Positions 53,120-64,000 of a stretch of 64,000 nucleotides of DNA are shown here, piece by piece. The notes under the pieces were generated by a model that was not told where the DNA came from, did not search any database, and worked only from the letters and a program-made list of their open reading frames with translations. Position 1 is the stretch's first letter. Every line of letters starts with the position of its first letter. Both the position numbers and the translations under genes were made by a program. The stretch covers positions 496,001 through 560,000 of the forward strand of contig OZ004610.1 of NCBI GenBank assembly GCA_963924565.1. Direction: 5' to 3'. The stretch is from Ascidiella aspersa (Eukaryota).

Positions 53120-55154
53120 GGTGGCCCATAGAAGAGCTCGTGGCACCATTTTCAATAAATAGGTTGCTTTTAGCTTCGCGTTTAAATAGTGGGAAACGCC
53201 GCCACCTTAAATGTAGGCATCGTTATCGTGTGGCGATTACTAATTTAAAGTTTTGCGTCCAAGATTCCGACGGTTGTGTTCACGGGTTTGTCTTGGATTA
53301 AACAGGAACAGTAGGGCAGCTTTTTCAGTTATTCGACGCAATCTAACCGCTTTATTTTTTAGTTTTATCGCCATTTTTTCAGGCCCCAGCATTCTTGTTT
53401 TCCAACTCTACTTTTTTCAACATTATGGACGCGCATAAATAGTTTTGCTTGCTTGGGTCGACCATCAAAACAGCCACAGCATCAACGGCACCTCCAGAAT
53501 ATTTCTTCCAACGTGGTATATGGGTTTGTATTAAGGCGTAGGGCTTTAGGGTTAGCGCCTAGGGATTGAGGGTAGGCTTCAAAAAGTAAATAAACTACTT
53601 TATTTTGCTAACCTCAAATTTGTTTTCCTTGGACTCCCCTGAACGAGCATCACGTGACCAACTGCCCAAGGATGACGTCACACATCTGTGCAGTCAACGT
53701 GATATTAGGACGTCATCAAACTGCCCCTAAACGAGCATCACGTGATCAACTGATTAAGGAGGACGTCATATTTTCTAGTGAACGCTTCATGACGTCATCT
53801 AATGACGAAATACGATGTCTTTGTTTCGGCCTCCCCTTAACGAAGATATAACGCAAGACTTGGTCATCACTGATCACTTCGTTCTGTTTTTTTGGATCGT
53901 GTTTTACCCTGTTTGTGCTGTGCCCTCATTCTCGTGTCCATTGTAAATCACTGTCAATTTTTCAATATATTTAAAAACATTTGGAAACTAACTACAGCTT
54001 TCAAGTCCCCTCGTCGTTAATAGCAAAGTAGGCTAACCCAGTTTTATACAATTTCCTAATGAAAAAGTCACTTGAGAGTTGGTATTACTTGTCTAACTGA
54101 TGATTTGAAATATTCCTATGTGGGCCAGTTTTGAAAAGTACAATGAAATCCAAACAAAAAATCAAATTTGATGTTGGTAAACTGTTTGATAACGCTTATT
54201 TGGTCCCTGATTTAGAAGGCCCCTAATGTGGGTAGACTTCTAAACCTAAACTGCGTCTACAGTTTTACATACCACGTTATTTCTAAAAGTTTGAAAGTTA
54301 TTTGTGTAGAACTTTGGGACAAGAATCGTTCTTAAACTTTCTAACCAAACCCAACTAAAAAAAGATTCTGGCTGAAACAAATTATGGCCGAAAATAAATT
54401 TTTGGACCATAATAATAGTCAAAAATATTGTTCGCGACAAGGGTCACTTATGTCGCTTTTTAAATCATAACATTTTGTAAATAAATAAATAGAAACTTAC
54501 TAAAGTAATTTGTTTAAGTAAAAGTATCTGAGAAAGCCTTTAAACAAAAATTGCTAGTAAAAGACGGGCCTAATTCAAGGTTTGTCAAATACGAATTGTA
54601 GGATGCTTTAATCAGTTTTAAAATGATTGTTTACACACCCGATAAAAATCAATGCATTGCAAACTCTGAAGTAAATATCATTAGCTGATTCGGAGTTAAT
54701 GGACAGCCTTGAACCACAATAAGTGGTTATGCAAAGAGACTGACCATACTATTTTCAAATAGAAGGCAATAAAAATGTCTTAACTCGAGTATTTGCAATT
54801 TTGGCGCTGCTCTAGTTTTGAATTATTGTGACACAATCTGCTTTAACGTGAAAAAGTTTAAGTAACCCCGTTGTTACCCTACTATGTTTTGATAAATTTA
54901 AATTTCAAGGTAAAGAACTGGAGTTGCAAAAGTGGGAATATTTTCGGCGTTTGAAATCGATCAGCTTTAATGTTATATATATCTCAGATCACTTTTTTGA
55001 ACATATCCGCCAGGACATTTTCTGTTTCTCATACGACCCTCTGCTCAAAATAATTGCCAACCCATAACCTTTTTCTAGCGATCTCCTTTTATAATTGGTC
55101 TGCACCCTGCGACTCCCTCAGGTAGTGAAAAAGCAAAAACAATTATGTGTTCGC

Positions 55155-56490
55155 GTAAGCACAAATGTAAACATTATCACAAGTTCATGTTTCTGGTTGT
55201 TTTTATTGATGATCACACGAATAAACAACGGATCCATGAAGATACTTCGTTGTTACTTCTCGCTGAAAATAAATTACGATTGTCGTGATGACAATACAAT
55301 TATTAGTTAGGTTTAAAAATGAGTAAAATAAATTTTCTATAAATAGGCTCACGGCGAGTTTATTTCTTACCTTTTTTAATTTCTACTCATCTTAATCGAA
55401 ATCGAAGCCTTCAGCTGAAAAGTAATTCATACAGGGTCAAGGGCGTATGTTAAAAAGTGATTTTTTTAATTACGCAAAATACTTGAATTGTTGATTAGAT
55501 AGAGCGTTTTAATCACCAACACATCTTAATTACTGACACTTTATACGCCACTCTGGGCGTACAACTATTACAAAGTGCTGTAACAACTAGTGGCTGTCAC
55601 GCGCGTCAATCTCGACTGTGGTGTTTATAGGCTTTAGTATTAACCACTTATGACGCAGGGAAACCGCTTGGGTCAAAGCAAGGTTCGGGCAGGGAACCTT
55701 GCTTGATCTTGGCGGTGCAACGTAGTTCTGGTGCCACGGGAAGGTTAGGGTGTGTTGTAAAAAATACTTAAATTGTTGATTAGAAGGGTTTAACAACCAG
55801 CACATGTTTTTAGTGACACTTGGCCTTGTTTTTAAACTTATCACGTGTCATACAGACAGGACTTAGGCAAATAACATAAACCAGCCCTGTTTACCTGGGA
55901 TAAATGTACCCCAGGGGTAAATTTAATTGTTTTAGGGGGTAAATCCAAGGATAGGTATTTAAGCTCTGGATATTCTGGTGCCATTTCTTTAACTAACATA
56001 TGCAAAGCGACTTTTCTGCATTGCTTACTATAAAATCTAAAGCACTGTACCAACTTGAATGTGATATTCGTTGTGCATTACCTACTATACTTCCAACTCG
56101 TTTCCAAAAAGCAAGTGCAGCCGTTGCACTGAATATAACTGATGTAATTTGTCATTCGGTGTTTATTAAATAAGCACCACTTTATATATTGGGGGTAGAT
56201 CGGATGTTTATCTTTGTTAAAGCAGTAAAACATACAAAAAACTTTAAAAACCCTGATATAAACGATAGATTAAAGAGGTTTTACCAGAGACACCTTCTAT
56301 TTAATTTTCAAAAGCATAATTTTACATGATACACTATTAACAGTTGGTATATCCTAATACAAATTCATTAGTTATAAAGTTAACACAAATAATTCCACTA
56401 ACACTTAACTTGTTGTCTAAACTTGTCAGTTGTGTCAGTTTAAAATAAAACTGTGTGTCAATTGATAGATTTTAGTTCAATTTATAAGGT
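55155..56490 (-). pseudogene. Inverted paralogue of the 59173 peptide gene lacking a recognisable main coding exon
   Basis: 55155-55262 is the reverse complement of the last exon (59683-59797). 55371-55414 is the exon 3 homologue (AEGFDFD*) with intact AG/GT. 56409-56490 is the promoter/exon 1 homologue, with donor GTAAGT changed to TTAAGT. No signal-peptide exon is seen in between. Confidence 0.75.
55541..55759. repeat. Dispersed hairpin-rich repeat, copy 2, inside the degenerate peptide paralogue
   Basis: Direct-orientation match to 52909-53119. Confidence 0.75.
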
Positions 56491-57110
56491 TTAAACAATG
56501 AACTAGATTTAATTTCGCCTAAAATATGCGACAAGTGTGGGGCGCAACCACAATGGAGTAATAATTATCCCAAATAAACAAACGACAACCAGTACTTACA
56601 GGTACAACGATACATACAATAAATTACCTCTGTAACTGTAGGCAATCTGACTCACGAAGTGAACAGTCAACACTGCTAGTTTTGGCTTCAAACGCCAGCG
56701 CTTAAATAACGCATTCCAGCTGGCGGCAATTAATTTTAGCAGCAATGCGGTTCGGCGACGCTGCGAAAAACAGGAAATTCGGACAATTCACGAAACACGA
56801 TCAGCCAATATGCTGCCAATTTGACGAAAACACACAGGCTGGTGTGACGATTTCAAAATCCACCAGAATATTTCAATTGAATTACCACGGTTTCAACCCG
56901 GTAACAATATGGAGCAAAATGCTACACGAAAAACATTATTTTATTGAAAAAGATTTTGACTTTGAATAAAAACAAATCCGCAATGTTTCTAGAAAATTAT
57001 CTGCTTATATTATTGTTCAGATTTTAAATAAAGAATATAATATAAAATAATTCAGCTATTCAAAGTTGATTTTATCAGCAAATGATTTACTAGAAAATGA
57101 TTTACTTGGG

Positions 57111-58650
57111 GATTTGTTTTTATTCAAAGTCAACTTTGAATTGTTGCATTATTTTATTTTATTTTCTTTATTTGAAATCTGAACAATAATATCAGCAGAT
57201 AATTTACTAGAAAGTTTGGGGATTTGTTTTTATTCAAAGTCAACTTTGAATTGTTGCATTATTTTATTTTATTTTCTTTATTTGAAATCTGAACAATAAT
57301 ATCAGCAGATAATTTACTAGAAAGTTTGAGGATTTGTTTTTATTCAAAGTCAACTTTGAATTGTTGCATTATTTTATTTTATTTTATTTATTTGAAATCT
57401 GAACAATAATATCAGCAGATTATTTCTTGGAAACATTGCGGATTTGTTTTTATTCAAAGTCAACTTTGAATTGTTGCATTATTTTATTTTATTTTCTTTA
57501 TTTGAAATCTGAACAATAATATCAGCAGATAATTTACTAGAAAGTTTGAGGATTTGTTTTTATTCAAAGTCAACTTTGAATTGTTGCATTATTTTATTTT
57601 ATTTTATTTATTTGAAATCTAAACGATAATATCAGCAGATAATTTACTAGAAAGTTTGAGGATTTGTTTTTATTCAAAGTCAACTTTGAATTGTTGCATT
57701 ATTTTATTTTATTTTCTTTATTTGAAATCTGAACAATAATATCAGCAGATAATTTACTAGAAAGTTTGAGGATTTGTTTTTATTCAAAGTCAACTTTGAA
57801 TTGTTGCATTATTTTATTTTATTTTATTTATTTGAAATCTGAACAATAATATCAGCAGATTATTTCTTGGAAACATTGCGGATTTGTTTTTATTCAAAGT
57901 CAACTTTGAATTGTTGCATTATTTTATTTTATTTTCTTTATTTGAAATCTGAACAATAATATCAGCAGATAATTTACTAGAAAGTTTGAGGATTTGTTTT
58001 TATTCAAAGTCAACTTTGAATTGTTGCATTATTTTATTTTATTTTATTTATTTGAAATCTAAACGATAATATCAGCAGATAATTTACTAGAAAGTTTGAG
58101 GATTTGTTTTTATTCAAAGTCAACTTTGAATTGTTGCATTATTTTATTTTATTTTCTTTATTTGAAATCTGAACAATAATATCAGCAGATAATTTACTAG
58201 AAAGTTTGAGGATTTGTTTTTATTCAAAGTCAACTTTAAATTGTTGCATTATTTTATTTTATTTTATTTATTTGAAATCTGAACAATAATATCAGCAGAT
58301 AATTTACTAGAAAGTTTGAGGATTTGTTTTTATTCAAAGTCAACTTTAAATTGTTGCATTATTTTATTTTATTTTCTTTATTTGAAATCTAAACGATAAT
58401 ATCAGCAGATAATTTACTAGAAAGTTTGAGGATTTGTTTTTATTCAAAGTCAACTTTGAATTGTTGCATTATTTTATTTTATTTTATTTATTTGAAATCT
58501 AAACGATAATATCAGCAGATAATTTACTAGAAAGTTTGAGGATTTGTTTTTATTCAAAGTCAACTTTGAATTGTTGCATTATTTTATTTTATTTTCTTTA
58601 TTTGAAATTTGAACAATAATATCAGCAAATAATTTACTAGAAGGTTTGCG
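57111..58650. repeat. 110-bp AT-rich tandem satellite, 14 copies, flanked by degenerate inverted units
   Basis: GATTTGTTTTTATTCAAAGTCAACTTTGAATTG... recurs every 110 bp from 57111 to 58541. Reverse-orientation diverged units lie at about 56958-57070 and 58655-58890. Confidence 0.97.
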
Positions 58651-59172
58651 GATTTGTATCTAGTAAATTTTCTGATGATATTAATGTTCAGTATGAAAAA
58701 ATAAAATAATAAAAAATATTGCAACTACTTGAATTTGACTTTGAACAAAATCAAATGCGCAAAGTTTCCCAGTAATTATTTACTGAAATACTATTTAGAT
58801 TTAAATAAAGGAATTATATCAAATATTTCAACTATTCAAAGTTAATTTTATATAAAAAAACAAATCCTCAACGTTTCTAGTTAATTTTCTGCTTTTAATC
58901 AAACAATTACTGCCATTCATTACATATTTCCACGAACCAAAGTCATATGTTCAACAAACTGAAAAAAATATTATTGTTTGAAACCTTTAAATTGAGCTGA
59001 AATATCTCAGTTGGCACACAGTTTTATTCTGGATTGACACAACTGACAAGTTGAAATAACAAGGTAAGTGACAGTAATTAACATGTGTTAGTGGTTAAAC
59101 CGTTTTAACCTTTTAACCAATCAAAAAAAAAAAAAAAAATTTAAATATTTTGTATAATTCCTATGTTTTCAG

Positions 59173-59530
59173 ATGATCAAGTTTGTTATGATGACGCTTC
59201 TACTTGGCCTCCTACTTCTAGTTGATCAGAGCGAGGGTCAATGGAAAAAAGTCAAGGTTCTCAAATCCATTGGATTTCTGTGCAAATGCAAATACGGTTA
59301 TTGCAAATGCTTGTATAACATTCCTTATTATTGCCATCCGCATGGAGTTCATTATGATCAAGAAGGTAAAGTTTGATTGAAGTTCGGCAAGAACCTAACT
59401 TTAAAACATCGATTTTATGAGCGTAGTTTTGCACAATATATACTTTAATTCAATCATAAAAAATTTGTCAAACAATATAACTTTCTTTCTAGCTCAAAAC
59501 TCCGAAAAACAAGAGCTTGATATCAACTAA
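59173..59530 (+). CDS. Secreted cationic Cys/Tyr-rich prepropeptide, putative antimicrobial peptide precursor, 76 aa
   Basis: 5'UTR exon ending at 59063 (AAG|GTAAGT); coding exons 59173-59365 and 59493-59530; 3'UTR exon from 59683 with AATAAA at 59747. Protein: MIKFVMMTLLLGLLLLVDQSEG-QWKKVKVLKSIGFLCKCKYGYCKCLYNIPYYCHPHG-VHYDQEAQNSEKQELDIN*. Confidence 0.8.
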
Positions 59531-60077
59531 GACGAGCAAGAATTAACAAAGGTAAGTTTTAACTAAATAAAAAGTTTTTTTTAATTTTTAATGATTTCAT
59601 CTTGCTTGATAAGCTTGTTGAAACTAAAGGATTTTTTTTAAGGAATCTAGTTATAATTCTCTAAACACTTATATATTTTCAGATGAATCACCGAGAAGTA
59701 ACAACGAAGTATCTTCATGGATCCGTTGTTTATTCGTGTGATCATCAATAAAACAACCAGAAACATAAACTTGTGATAATGTTTACATTTGTGCTTAATC
59801 TTCGGGTAGAGAGGGTAGATTGTGGTTTCTTGTGAGAAGTTATTCACCAATAGGCAAACCGCCATGCTTTAAATAAAAAGCCATTTGCCCTTGCACTCAA
59901 CTTGTCGAGGAAGTTTTTGATGCAGCGAAATTTCAGATAACCCGGCGTAAAACATTTCATTCTACAGGTCTAGGAATTGGTTTTAGTTTTACTCAAAATT
60001 CCGAGTCCCAAAAATGCCAGAAATAGATATTTCCGCCTGACGTTTTAAGAATGTTATTAAACAGATTGTCCTCAGTA

Positions 60078-60859
60078 CAGCGGTTCTTAACCAGGGGTAC
60101 GTGCACCCCTTGGTGGTACGAATCACCAAAGCAGGGGTACGACATGCAGTGCGAAATTATGTGTTATTTAGGCATATTAGTGATGAATGCGTAATTTACG
60201 AAAAGCAACAACGAAAAAGCCATTAGCAAATCGACTGATTGTTCGTTTTAAATATTGTGGAACATACAAGACTGCTTTTAATGCATACATTCAACACGTA
60301 TGTTATAAATCAGGGCTGCGGAGTCGGAGTCGGACTCGGGACTCGGGACTCGACGGAGTCGGTTTGTTTTGCCGGAGTCGGACTCGGGACTCGAGTAAAA
60401 CCGCGTAAAACTACCCGAGTCCCGAGTCCGACGTGCGCATGCGCAGTATCAAATTTTAAAACTGTTAAGGCGGCAAAATGTAAGTTGTAAAAGTGTAATA
60501 GCAAATGTGAAATATTTTTAAAACATGTAATGCGGGTGGATCAATAATGACACCAATATGAGTGGATTGCAGAAAATCCACCTTAATTTAGTTGCGTAAA
60601 TGGGTAAAATACAGGCTGTAGAGTCAGAGCTGGACTCGGGACTCGACAAAATCTTACATTTGACCGGAGTCGGACTCGGGACTCGGAAGTCGGACTCGGG
60701 TGTATTTTTAACCGACTCCGCAGCCCTGTTATAAATATATTGATTTTAATTCCTATAATTAGAATTTTATTTACTTCTGTTGGCCATTGTAGACATGGCT
60801 ACGAGAAAATTTCATAAAACCTTAAAGGGTACGAGCGCTAAAAAGGTTAAGAAACCCTG
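60078..60859. mobile_element. hAT-type MITE hosting a nested insertion
   Basis: TIR CAGCGGTTCTTAACC / GGTTAAGAAACCCTG; TSD CCTCAGTA / CCTTAGTA. Confidence 0.8.
60311..60728 (+). mobile_element. Intact hAT-type MITE (GAGTCGGACTCGGG family), nested
   Basis: Perfect TIR CAGGGCTGCGGAGTCGG / CCGACTCCGCAGCCCTG; perfect 8-bp TSD TTATAAAT at 60303-60310 and 60729-60736. Confidence 0.93.
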
Positions 60860-61222
60860 CCTTAGTATATGCTTCCTCATAAAAAACATGAAATAAACGC
60901 GTTTATTCGCTTCATTGAATTGTATCACAGCTGCTTTTTGTGCGCAACTTTGGTTAGCGACCCAACAAGGTTCGTTCTGGTAAAAACACAAAACATCAGG
61001 CGTGCCAAATCTTAGCAACAATGTTCAGTTGTATTAATCGCTGTTCTAACTGAAATAAAGAAAGGCGACGTGGATGCGAGCCGTTAGCTGGCACAGTCGC
61101 ATGTTCGTCTTTTTTTAACAACTACTTTTACAAATAGAACGTGTTGTATGCAAGAGGGACATCAACGCCCACAGAGAAGCAGTTAACATTTTGAGCGTTT
61201 AGAATAAATCTTTAGGGTTAGG

Positions 61223-61780
61223 GTTATTCGAAACTTTTAAAATGATACCTACTTCTGTATAAACTTATTATTATTTCTTCTTCCTTCGCGATTAGACCAG
61301 ATTGCCAGCTGTGTTACGAAAACAGCGTTTTTTTGTATTAGACATCACGTTATAACCTATCTTTGTAACGCCATTTATGAAAAAAGCATTGCTCTCCGGC
61401 ACAAAATTGATTTCTATCCTACTTATTCCATTCTAATGCGATTTTTTTCAAATAAATCTTAAGATAATAGCTGGAGATATAGTTAAATGTACCGGTATAT
61501 AAATAAATAGATTGATATCTTTAAATTTATTTCGGAACAACAACGGTCGTGCAAGCAAATTAAACAAAAAAAGGAAGCGTCCGTAGTTGCCAGGGGAAAA
61601 TATTGTCAAGACATCTAGTCAGCTTCCCCTGGCTGTGCTTCAATTCGATTTAAGTATTTTTGCAAGAAAAGAAAAGAAACGAAAGGAGAAACAAGATAAA
61701 TAACAAAGAGAATTATTGTATAATGAGTATGGAACCACATACAGAAGTTGGTAGTATTTTGAACGTTTCGAATAAATCTT
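61223..61780. mobile_element. Old MITE-like element with diverged inverted ends
   Basis: Left TTATTCGAAAC...CTACTTCTGTAT versus right ATACAGAAGT...GTTTCGAATAA. The same motif family occurs at 24230-24322 and 28525-28595. Confidence 0.5.
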
Positions 61781-61892
61781 AAAATAATGACTGGAGGCTA
61801 AATTGCTTTTACATCATCACTTGAATCACAAAATGTGTCGATGCTTGAGGCTGCTGTAGTCGTCACGTGACCTCACGAGTAATCAGCGCGGA

Positions 61893-64000
61893 ATGAAATT
61901 CCTTTTTCGGCAGATTGAAGAAAGAAAAAGTAAAACGTGTCAGTGGTGGAATGCTGTCAAGGTGGAAAGGGTCATTCTTGATAAACCGCTGTCAGGTATG
62001 TTTGTTGTATTTTATCCTAGGCTTTTAGCTAATTGTTTATCTGCTTTATACCAGTTTAGGCCTTTGAATATTTCTTTAATAATATCTATCCCGATAACAA
62101 AGTTAACAAAAGTTTTTTTTAAACAAAAGACTGAATTTAAATATGTTTAAAATTTGTAAAGAAGATACAATTGGAACAACGTGATTTAAACGGAATGCCA
62201 AATAGATTATGGAATAACGGCCTCGCGGAAACTATTTTAACTTTAGACTTGTAGCACTTATGAAGTAAGCGGTAAAACAGCGTTATTTAAAACCCTTGCA
62301 AATCACCTTTAGGTGTTTTGTATAGTTTTATATACTTCTAGTTTTCTACGACACAAATCGCTTTATTGCAAAAGCTGATATTCTTCGGGCATTTTATATT
62401 AACAGCACTTTTCAGTTCATCTTGCTAAAAGGCGAGCGTATTTCTGCAACAGGTAGCCGTTCAACTCGGGTGAGTTGTATTCCTGGCAGCCTAAAGCTAT
62501 TTGACACAATACATAACCGGGCCTCAAGGCTTCGTTCAATTCAAACTGAAGAGTACGATTTTTTTGCAAGGCACTTCAACACAAAAAAATAAAAAAAACA
62601 TTAGATTGAAAATGATTTGGTTAAACAAAAATGTCATTCATAAACAAGAAAATCTATTTGTTTGTTAGGATGGCATCAACCACTGATCGGCTCGGGCTCA
62701 AGCTCCTCTAATCAGTGGCTCGACCAATCAACCAGACACCTTGTATATATATTCTAATTCTAGTCTTTTACGACATTCTCTACAGTACAACTATTCTGTC
62801 AAACTATTCAAAGTTCTTTATTCTTACAATACAAGAATGTATATTCGAACTCTGGAGCAAGGTAAGAGTATCGAAATTTTGTATAATTTTTTTCTTAAAC
62901 TAACTTCTATACATTGTTTTTAGGGTACCGGCCTCCAGTGAAGCAATATGGTTGGAGGAAGTTGCGGGAAGCAAGTGAACTGGAAGGTTCGGCACCTCTA
63001 TATTTCCGGCAGCAATGCTCGGAACTTGATAGAGCCCTGCCTCGTAAAACCTTCGCCGAACTTTGCGTTTGATGTGTGCGCCGTCAGTATTCCGGGGGTA
63101 CCACCAGGCATGGTATTACCGAGCTGTCAAACAGCAGGATACTGGATGGTGTTGCTGCCGTCGTTATTGGCCTTGGCACTAACGACGTGGTCAACAGCAG
63201 CCCGAAAGAAGCATCAGCCTATCCTTCAAGGTATTTTTCGATAATGTTTTGTTAGTTTAACCTGTATCCTCAGGAAGTATTTTTTAAAGATGGAGGGCAT
63301 AATTACAAACATGTTGAACAAACCAAACCGTCAACCTCCATTGCTGACGCTGACCAACTTCCCCCATCTTCCCACAACGAAGATAAGTAATATGTATGTC
63401 TAAAATCGATAAACGACCAATCGACCAATATTTGACCGATCATTTGTTTCCCAGGTTTCTCGCTGTTCGGAAGATTGTGGGACACGCACGGTGTAAAAAG
63501 CTTCATTCAAGCCTGTGGTGGGTAAAGCAAATGTTACCCTTCGATAAACCGTTGTATCAAAGTTGGTCTTTGGTTTTCCCGCGAACGTGGTATGTCTGTG
63601 AATATGCTTGTGTATTTAGCAATTTCTAAACACTGCTTTGTGTATTTTCTTGTAGAAGACCGTTGAAGCACGGACATGTGCTCCACCGACCAACGGACCG
63701 AGGAAAGAGGTATCCACCCCTGCGGTAAGTGTTGCAAAACTATTGGTTGTCAAAGTGGGTGTGCTGAATCATCTAACTATATTTTCTTGTAGAAGACCGT
63801 TGGGAGCAAGGGCATCTGCTCCTTCAATTAGCGGGTCAACGAAAAAGGTACCTACCCCTGTGGTGTGTGTGTTCTTTTGCAAAACTTTAATCAATCATCT
63901 GTCAATGCTTAGTTTAAATCACAAATGTATTTACTTTCAGGGGGAGGAAAATGGGTGGATAGTCGATGGTTCAAGAGGTCAAGAAAAGTGACACCCACCC
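61893..64000 (+). other. Putative multi-exon transcript without a long ORF (lncRNA, long 5'UTR or decayed gene)
   Basis: Alternating acceptors and donors bound GC-richer blocks: CAG|GTATGT near 61995, TTAG| near 62668, AAG|GTAAGA near 62861, TTTTAG| near 62923, AAG|GTATTT near 63230, CCCAG| near 63454, TTGTAG| near 63654 and 63790, GCG|GTAAGT near 63724, TTTCAG| near 63940. Confidence 0.4.

Noticed and set aside
61211-61225. TTAGGG telomeric repeat
   Set aside because: Only about two units, too short to call an interstitial telomere.

Overview
AT-rich, intron-containing animal genomic DNA, most likely an ascidian (tunicate). This is inferred from the gene content: an LDLa/GRL101-type GPCR, a prepropeptide with an acidic tail, and short GT-AG introns. 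Genes reconstructed by hand with phase-consistent splice sites: PPIL3 cyclophilin (- strand); a Janus kinase (FERM-SH2-pseudokinase-kinase) encoded almost entirely by one 3-kb exon, head-to-head with PPIL3; a secreted trypsin-fold protein that has lost all three catalytic residues; a broken LDLa/GRL101-like GPCR pseudogene; a C-type-lectin/GAIN adhesion GPCR with one in-frame stop; and a small cationic Cys/Tyr-rich prepropeptide resembling ascidian antimicrobial peptides. The peptide gene faces a degenerate inverted paralogue across a 110-bp satellite. Non-coding content includes several MITEs with 8-bp target-site duplications (TSDs), one of them nested, a 57-bp palindromic minisatellite, and a TSD-flanked insertion made of tandem and inverted copies of a 348-bp unit carrying a tRNA-like gene with a 9-nt anticodon loop. 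All calls come from reading the sequence; no searches were run.
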